DNA of 55,048 bases from a bacterium (lineage in GTDB: Bacteria > Bacillota_I > Bacilli_A > RF39 > UBA660), in assembly GCA_029007115.1 (NCBI GenBank), contig JAQXHG010000051.1, positions 1 to 55,048 of the forward strand, written 5' to 3'. The notes below the pieces were generated by a model. The model searched no databases. It saw nothing but the letters and a program-made list of their open reading frames with translations, and had not been told where the DNA came from. A program made the translations under genes and the position numbers. Of this stretch, positions 48,593 through 55,048 are shown piece after piece (position 1 is the first letter of the stretch; every line of letters starts with the position of its first letter).

Positions 48593-49209
48593 TATTTATG
48601 TTTCCTTTTATTTTTTTTATTCTTAGGAGTAACTTTTATTACAGTTTCATCTTTCTTTTCATCTTTAACTTTCTTTGTTTCTTTTGAACTTTCACTTTCT
48701 ACTTTTGACTTTATAGTTTTATTTTTAAGTGCTTTTTCTTTTAAAAGTTCATTTTCTAATTCTTTGATTTGATTTTCTAAATCTTTTACTTTTTTTGCAG
48801 AGTCTTCTTCTATCTTTTTACACATTTCTTCCGTTTCATTTTTTCTTTTTTCACATTCTTTTTCTATTTGATCAAGTTTCTTATGGCATTTAACTTCAGT
48901 ATCAGCTATTATTTTATCTTTAATTTTTCTACATTCCCTCTTAAAATTTTTCTCTTCTTTTTTAACAGATTCTTCAATATTTAGTTTATATATTTCAATT
49001 GCTTCATCTGCACTTTTAAAAATATCACTTAATTTTAAAGCTGCCTCAGCCAAAGTACCAGTTTCTGATAAAGAAATTTTTTTGGATTCTAACTTTTTAT
49101 CAGAATCTTCTAGTTTCTTTTCTAGAACCTCAATTCTTTTTGTTTGTTCTAAAAGAATTTCTAACAGTTCTTTCCGACTTAAATTTTTAAGTTCTTTATT
49201 TTTACCCAT
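48592..49209 (-). CDS. Coiled-coil cytoplasmic protein (DivIVA-like)
   Basis: LKNLSRKELLEIL...GTLAEAAL; stop overlaps the signal peptidase start. Confidence 0.6.
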   Translation of the reverse strand: MGKNKELKNLSRKELLEILLEQTKRIEVLEKKLEDSDKKLESKKISLSETGTLAEAALKLSDIFKSADEAIEIYKLNIEESVKKEEKNFKRECRKIKDKIIADTEVKCHKKLDQIEKECEKRKNETEEMCKKIEEDSAKKVKDLENQIKELENELLKEKALKNKTIKSKVESESSKETKKVKDEKKDETVIKVTPKNKKNKRKHK

Positions 49210-49314
49210 AGACCCCACCTTTTATCAATCCTTATAGACTTTCTTCCATTTGTGACTATTTATTATAAGTATTTTTTTAAAAATTTCAACCTTTTTTTAA
49301 AATTATTTATAATT

Positions 49315-49755
49315 TTATTTATTTAAACTAAATGAATTTCCTAAATCATTAGTTGATTCTACACTTTTTATTAAATGATTTTGATTAATAGATAAAACAC
49401 CAATTTCATCTAAATCAATACCTTTTTCTTTTAATTTATTCATATACTCATTAATCTTTAATGTAGCATTAGTTGTTTCATTTTCAATAATTTTAGAAAC
49501 TTCTACTGCTATTTCTTTTTTTGCCTCTAAAACAAATGGCTTTTTTAATCTAGCCATTTCATCTAATATTATTTTATCTGCGTGAAATGTTTCATATATT
49601 TGAACATTCCAATAATTAAGTTTAGTGTTAAGTAATGCTAGTGTATCTATTGCATTTAATCTATTTTCTTTTGAATATAATCTAATAGAATTAATAATTC
49701 TTTCAATCATAGAAATAAAATCAGTTCTTATTATATCTAATAATTTTTCATACAT
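49315..49755 (-). CDS. Hypothetical helical protein
   Basis: AAGGAG RBS; TTGACA-16 bp-TATAAT upstream at 49815-49788. Confidence 0.7.
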   Translation of the reverse strand: MYEKLLDIIRTDFISMIERIINSIRLYSKENRLNAIDTLALLNTKLNYWNVQIYETFHADKIILDEMARLKKPFVLEAKKEIAVEVSKIIENETTNATLKINEYMNKLKEKGIDLDEIGVLSINQNHLIKSVESTNDLGNSFSLNK

Positions 49756-49884
49756 AAATATTCTCCTTCCTATAAATATTGCATTTTATTATACAAAATT
49801 GAATACAATTGTCAACTAAATCTATTGCAACAAAAAAAGATATGAATGTACATATCTTTATTCTCAAAAAACATTTCTATTAAT

Positions 49885-50355
49885 TTATGACTTTTTTAAA
49901 ACTAATTTTTTTTCATTATCTGCATCAATTGTACTAAATTTGATTCCCATTTGATTATTTTTAATAGCCTCAATTTCAAAATCTATCATATCTTCTGGTA
50001 AATTATTTATATCACACCATACTAATTGTGAACATTTTTCCGGTTCGTTTATTTTAACTTGTCCCATATAACTATCTATCTCAAAGTATACATCATAATA
50101 TGGTGCTAAAGATCTATTGCGTCTATTAACTACGAATGTATCAATTATACTATCTAGTGATATTTCTATACCAAGTTCCTCTCTTGCTTCACGAATAACA
50201 GCTTCATATGCATTTTCTCCCTCATCTATATGTCCTGCTGGTAGTGCTAGAAAACCAGGCCATAATTTTGTTCCTTGTCTCCTTTGTAATAATATTTCTC
50301 CTCTTTCATTTCTAATTATCAAATACACTGATGATAAAAATTTTTCTCTTTCCAC
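49885..50355 (-). CDS. NUDIX hydrolase
   Basis: GHIDEGENAYEAVIREAREELG Nudix box; NEPEKC. Confidence 0.92.
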   Translation of the reverse strand: MEREKFLSSVYLIIRNERGEILLQRRQGTKLWPGFLALPAGHIDEGENAYEAVIREAREELGIEISLDSIIDTFVVNRRNRSLAPYYDVYFEIDSYMGQVKINEPEKCSQLVWCDINNLPEDMIDFEIEAIKNNQMGIKFSTIDADNEKKLVLKKS

Positions 50356-50574
50356 AATTATTTCCTTTCATTTTTTTATTTCACTAGTTTATCAACGCTA
50401 CCTTTATATTCTACTTTCAAGTTGATACATTTTTTATGATAACAAAAGGTTATATTAAATATCGTTATTTCAAAAAATATAACAATTTTATTACCATATC
50501 TTTTTATATAACAACCATACTAATTAAGTATAACAAATTTATATAATCTTTCAAAGTGATTTTATCTTATTATT

Positions 50575-51780
50575 TTAATAATATTCTGCTTTAGCACATT
50601 TTGATAAGTCAATATCAATTAATTTTAAAAATTCATTTAAGTATTTATTATCATCTCCAGTAACAAACAAATTACCCTTACCAGAAGTAATTGTATATTT
50701 TGGTAAATATTCACTTATAAATTGAATATTATTAGCATCTATACTATGCTTTATTATTTCAATAACATCATAATTATAAGTCCCATCAATATATGATGTA
50801 TATTCTAAATTATCTGTACAGGGTTTACCTTTTTTGCACTCTTTATAAGCAGTATTTAAAATATATTTATTATCTTTATAGATGTTTAATTGTATAGGAA
50901 TACACTCACTTTTACTTATAGTAATTGAAAATATTAAATCTTCATAACTTAAATCATCTATTGTTATATTATTCATATCTAAAGATAAATAATTATAATA
51001 TATATTCTTTTTATTTTCCACATCATATTGTAACTTATTAATATTTTCTTCTACATTAAAATTTAATATTTTAACTACTATATCTTTTGGAAATAAATCT
51101 TTAACAGATATTTTAAATCTATCATTATCTTTAGTCTTTTCTATATTTATTATATCATCATTCTTAATTGTAACTTTATAAGCATTACTACTAGATGATG
51201 ATATTGCTAATGAATCCTCTCCTTCAATATAATAACTTGTGCTATATATCCACATATAAACATATTTATAATCACCTTTTTCTTCTATACCAAATTTATG
51301 ATAACTATAAAATACATTAAAATCTTTTTTTATATTATCTGGATTACTTTTTAATTCATTATGTTTTAAAATGTTAATTACTTTATCATATAAATAATCA
51401 TTATCAGTAATAAGATTAGTCTTTAAATAATTTTTTATATAAATTAAACTAATAATTAGTAGAACAATACTGAATAATAATATAATTATATATTTAGAAT
51501 ATTTTTTATCCTTTTTGATGTTGTTTGGTGTACTAATATTTTCATAATTCCTTTTTTCTTTTTCTTCAGCTATCTTTTCTCCATTTATTAATTCATTAAT
51601 AGATATATTTAATATTTCACACAACTTTTTAAATAAAGAAACATCTGGAAGACTTCTTCCATTTTCCCAATGAGAAACAGCACGATCAGTAACACCTAGC
51701 CTATCTGCAAGTTCTTGTTGAGTTAAATTACTTTCTTTACGGCTCTTTGCTATAAATTTCCCAATCTTAACTTGATCCAT
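50575..51780 (-). CDS. XRE-family HTH regulator with TM and extracellular domain
   Basis: LTQQELADRLGVTDRAVSHWENG; TM near aa 97-115. Confidence 0.85.
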   Translation of the reverse strand: MDQVKIGKFIAKSRKESNLTQQELADRLGVTDRAVSHWENGRSLPDVSLFKKLCEILNISINELINGEKIAEEKEKRNYENISTPNNIKKDKKYSKYIIILLFSIVLLIISLIYIKNYLKTNLITDNDYLYDKVINILKHNELKSNPDNIKKDFNVFYSYHKFGIEEKGDYKYVYMWIYSTSYYIEGEDSLAISSSSSNAYKVTIKNDDIINIEKTKDNDRFKISVKDLFPKDIVVKILNFNVEENINKLQYDVENKKNIYYNYLSLDMNNITIDDLSYEDLIFSITISKSECIPIQLNIYKDNKYILNTAYKECKKGKPCTDNLEYTSYIDGTYNYDVIEIIKHSIDANNIQFISEYLPKYTITSGKGNLFVTGDDNKYLNEFLKLIDIDLSKCAKAEYY

Positions 51781-51861
51781 ATCATCACCTCTACAAATAA
51801 ATTATAATATAAAAATAATTAAAAGTATCCACAGTAATAATAGAGATAAAAAATTACACTT

Positions 51862-52839
51862 TTATTGATATTTTTTAATACAAAAACTTACTATAAAAAT
51901 CATTAATTCTATTATAATTTTTGATAAATATATATTAATAGAAAAATAATTAACCGCAATATTTAACATAATAGTATTTATTATCAAAATGCATATTACA
52001 TATATAAAATATAATATTATATTTTTAAATACTCTTTTTTTATTTAAATTATACTTTACTATTGAACTAATTAACTTAGATAATATATTAGATAATTCTA
52101 ATTTTTTAGTTGAAATATTAAAAAATATATAAAGTAAATAATCTAAAATAAAAGATATTATAGATATAGATGAAAACTTTATTATTTGCTTATATATTTT
52201 ATATGAATCTTTTAATGTACTAAAATGAGAGTTTGAATTATTATCATAATAAATAGTTTCTATTTCTATTTCTTTTATTATGATATTATTTATAGGAGAA
52301 TATAATAGCATATTCATTTCATATTCATATCTTTGTCCATCTATTTGTAACATAAAGTCCATTATTTTATTAGTAAATGCACGAAGACCTGTTTGAGTGT
52401 CATATACATCTATACCAGAAGAAATAAAATAAATAAATCTAGTTATAGAATTTCCAATTCTACTTCTAAGGGGAGTACTCTTTAATCTTTTACGCTTCCC
52501 AATTACTAATTGATTTTCATGATTTATTAGATATTCATATAGTTTATTAGCATCACTCACTTTATGCTGTCCATCACAATCTATTGTTATTACACAATAA
52601 CTACTATATTTATTTTTTATATAAGAAAAAGCCGTTTTTAAAGCACTTCCTTTTCCTTTATTTTTATCATGTTTTAATACAGTAGCATATTTCTTAGCTA
52701 TTTGAAAAATATTATCATATGACTTATTACTTCCATCATTTACTACGATTATAATATAATTATTCTCTTTTAACTCACTAAGTAAATGAATCATTTTATC
52801 ATTTGGCTCATATGCTGGTATTACCGCTATTTTTTCCAT
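51862..52839 (-). CDS. GT2 glycosyltransferase-GtrA fusion
   Basis: IPAYEP, VNDGS, NKGKG, DCDGQH, DTQTGLR; C-terminal TM helices. Confidence 0.88.
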   Translation of the reverse strand: MEKIAVIPAYEPNDKMIHLLSELKENNYIIIVVNDGSNKSYDNIFQIAKKYATVLKHDKNKGKGSALKTAFSYIKNKYSSYCVITIDCDGQHKVSDANKLYEYLINHENQLVIGKRKRLKSTPLRSRIGNSITRFIYFISSGIDVYDTQTGLRAFTNKIMDFMLQIDGQRYEYEMNMLLYSPINNIIIKEIEIETIYYDNNSNSHFSTLKDSYKIYKQIIKFSSISIISFILDYLLYIFFNISTKKLELSNILSKLISSIVKYNLNKKRVFKNIILYFIYVICILIINTIMLNIAVNYFSINIYLSKIIIELMIFIVSFCIKKYQ

Positions 52840-52868
52840 TATTAATATCACCCTTTATTTATAATAGA

Positions 52869-54587
52869 TTAATCTTCTATTTCATATAATTCTTTATACT
52901 CAATACAATTTTTAATTAACTCATTATGTTTTCCACTAGCAATTATCTTATGTTTATCTAAAACCAAAATATTATCCGCATCAATTATTGTACTTAATCT
53001 ATGTGCAACAATAATAACTGTATGATTTTTGGATAAATCCTTAATAATGTTTTTAATTTTTTGCTGATTGTTATTATCTAACGAACTTGTTGCTTCATCA
53101 AGTAAAATTATTTTTGACTTTTTTATTAAAGATCTTGCGATTGCTATTCTTTGTTTTTGTCCTCCACTTAATATAATTCCATTTTCGCCAACTAAAGTAT
53201 CATACCCATCCTTCATTAAAATAATGTCATCATGAATTTGTACCTTTTTACAAACTTTAATTATTTCTTCTTCTGTTGCTTGCGGATTAGCAAGTTTAAT
53301 ATTATCTTTTATTGATAAATTAAATATATAAGGAGATTGTGAAACCACTGAAATGTTATTTTTTATTGTTTCTTCTGATAAATCATTAATATTATAATTA
53401 TCCAATAACACTTCTCCACTATTTGCAATATAACTCTTACTTATTAATTTTAGTATTGTTGATTTTCCTTCACCACTTTTACCAACTATTGCTATCATTT
53501 TATTAGAATCAACCTTAAAATTTAGATTTTCAAATAATTTAACTGAATTATATTTAAAACCAACATTTTTAAATTCAATATTTCCTTTTATATTATTTAA
53601 ACTTATTTTACCATAAGTTTCTTTACTATAACAATTATATGTAATTATATCAAATACCCTTGAAGCAGCTATCTTTCCATCTGCTAATCTTTCTCTTATT
53701 TCTGAAATGTAATCTATCATATATAGTATCTTATTTTTATATAAAAATATTATTAAAAAGGAACTTACTTCAAGTGTATTATGCATAATAAAATAAACTG
53801 ATAATATTATAAATATAAAATCTAATATATGTTCTAATGATCGAATGCATCTATTCCAAGTTCTTCTAATATTAATACTTTTAATTTCTGCTTTAATTGT
53901 ATCATCTTGCTTTTCATTAGCGTCTTTTAATACTATTGATTTTAAATTAAGTATTTTAATTTCTCTTATTCCTCTTATTATATCAGTATATAATCCTATA
54001 ACTTTTTCATCTTTTTCTTTATATTCTCTTTTTGCTTTCTTATAATAAAATAATTTTTTTGAAGTCAAAATATAAATAATAATTATAACCAAAACTAAAT
54101 ATAAACCAATATATATATTAAGATAAAAAACATATAATATAAAACTAACATTAACTAGTATTTCTGCCACATCATCTGTTATATAATCAAATAATTGTGA
54201 TAATTCAGTAGTATCTTTATTAAGTCTTGATATAAAAAGACCAGAATTTGTATCATCAAAATTTTTAATTTCAAAATTAGTTAAACTTTCTAGCATATCA
54301 CTCTTTAAATCAAAATTAACTTTTCCATTTAGTTTTAAAACTACTTTAGACCATATATTTGTAAGTACTTCAATTGCAATTCTTAATATAACTAAAAAGA
54401 GTGCTGTCTTTATAATATTATATTTATCAAAATTTTCAAAATAACCTAACATTTTTCCTTCATATATCGGAGATAGCAAAGCAAGACTTGTATATCCTAA
54501 ACTTAATATAACAACCATAATAGAAAGAAATATATATTTTTTATAGTATTTAAATAACTTTTTTAAATCTTTTGAATCCTTTTTCAC
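52869..54587 (-). CDS. ABC transporter, fused permease/ATP-binding
   Basis: TMD; GKSGEGKS, LSGGQKQR, LLDEATS, AHRL. Confidence 0.93.
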   Translation of the reverse strand: MKKDSKDLKKLFKYYKKYIFLSIMVVILSLGYTSLALLSPIYEGKMLGYFENFDKYNIIKTALFLVILRIAIEVLTNIWSKVVLKLNGKVNFDLKSDMLESLTNFEIKNFDDTNSGLFISRLNKDTTELSQLFDYITDDVAEILVNVSFILYVFYLNIYIGLYLVLVIIIIYILTSKKLFYYKKAKREYKEKDEKVIGLYTDIIRGIREIKILNLKSIVLKDANEKQDDTIKAEIKSINIRRTWNRCIRSLEHILDFIFIILSVYFIMHNTLEVSSFLIIFLYKNKILYMIDYISEIRERLADGKIAASRVFDIITYNCYSKETYGKISLNNIKGNIEFKNVGFKYNSVKLFENLNFKVDSNKMIAIVGKSGEGKSTILKLISKSYIANSGEVLLDNYNINDLSEETIKNNISVVSQSPYIFNLSIKDNIKLANPQATEEEIIKVCKKVQIHDDIILMKDGYDTLVGENGIILSGGQKQRIAIARSLIKKSKIILLDEATSSLDNNNQQKIKNIIKDLSKNHTVIIVAHRLSTIIDADNILVLDKHKIIASGKHNELIKNCIEYKELYEIED

Positions 54588-54701
54588 ATCTAATACCTCA
54601 TTTCAAGAATAATTAAAATATTTTCTTTATTAAAATAATATCTTTATAATTTATAATATATCATAATAATTGTTATTTTTAAAATATTATTAATATTTAA
54701 C

Positions 54702-54741
54702 TGTAATGATACAATTGATGTGAAACAATTGTATCATTACA
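54702..54741. repeat. Perfect 16-bp inverted repeat with an 8-nt spacer
   Basis: tgtaatgatacaattg-atgtgaaa-caattgtatcattaca. Confidence 0.9.
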
Positions 54742-54897
54742 TTAGATGATTTGATGAAAGCAATTGATGACTATATTTATTATTACAATTATGATAGAAT
54801 TAAAGTAAAATAAAAGGACTGTCACCCGTAAATTACAGGTTACAATCCTCTAATTAGAAACTATTTATAAACTGTTCAACTTTTGGGGTTCAGTTCA
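54742..54897 (+). mobile_element. IS3-family (IS150-like) 3' remnant with right terminal inverted repeat
   Basis: Translates LDDLMKAIDDYIYYYNYDRIKVK-(1-nt frameshift)-KGLSPVNYRLQSSN*, the OrfB C-terminus, followed by ...caacttttggggttcagttCA. Confidence 0.85.
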
Positions 54898-54929
54898 TTT
54901 TCTGCTATATAAATTGTAATTTGTATTAT

Positions 54930-55048
54930 TTATTTGATAGAAAAATAACTTTTTTCTTTATCTAATTTAACATTTTTTAAAGTAGCCATTTCTTCAACAG
55001 TTACAAAAGCATACCCCTCATTTTGTAATTTTTCCATAGCCAGCAAAG
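54930..55048 (-). CDS. C-terminal end of a probable polysaccharide deacetylase (partial)
   Basis: LLAMEKLQNEGYAFVTVEEM resembles the NodB-domain terminal motif L...GY.FVTV.E. Confidence 0.6.
   Translation of the reverse strand, partial: LLAMEKLQNEGYAFVTVEEMATLKNVKLDKEKSYFSIK

Noticed and set aside
515-54045. Short ORFs overlapping longer genes (515..793, 6111..6308, 7640..7915, 8925..9158, 9112..9315, 12220..12408, 14664..14903, 17303..17620, 19442..19684, 22622..22975, 32846..33163, 34032..34271, 35788..35991, 37856..38056, 39265..39447, 39623..39811, 46290..46472, 47382..47789, 47917..48147, 48551..48772, 49625..49819, 50117..50425, 53845..54045)
   Set aside because: Antisense or alternate-frame shadows of well-supported genes, with no recognisable motifs.
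1-55048. CRISPR array, tRNA/rRNA, prophage, integrase or reverse transcriptase
   Set aside because: No regularly spaced repeats, cloverleafs or hallmark proteins seen. The many short intergenic palindromes sit at gene 3' ends, differ in sequence, and are best explained as terminators.
1-55048. Mollicute genetic code 4 (TGA=Trp), suggested by the very low GC
   Set aside because: Conserved Trp residues use TGG, genes such as divIB end at TGA at the expected length, and murG/divIB indicate a walled organism.

Overview
Chromosomal segment of a very AT-rich, genome-reduced member of the Bacilli (RF39/UBA660-like gut lineage by inference). Standard code 11 applies: TGA is used as stop and TGG as Trp. 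Most genes are on the minus strand. The core includes hup, topA, efp, rpmG, nfo, divIB, murG, rpsU, rplU-prp-rpmA, radC, lon and rbgA, plus a compacted Bacillus-type sporulation set (ylbD/E, spoIVFA/B, ylbJ, spoVID, ysxE). Accessory content: (i) a tandem array of four orphan paralogues beside topA, one decayed; (ii) efp-rpmG divergent from an SDR-ynbB operon, a possible EF-P modification locus; (iii) plsC-acyl-CoA ligase-plsC; (iv) three class III prepilin-type proteins and a pilin-like/SGNH fusion; (v) an NDT-like/ASCH-GNAT/ASCH operon; (vi) a sortase-anchored acidic adhesin that appears to have a nested 7+7 stalk and whose head domain is shared with the tip pilin of (vii) a complete sortase pilus locus; (viii) an IS3 remnant next to a perfect palindrome. 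No rRNA, tRNA, CRISPR or prophage was seen. All assignments come from motif recognition by eye; no searches were run.
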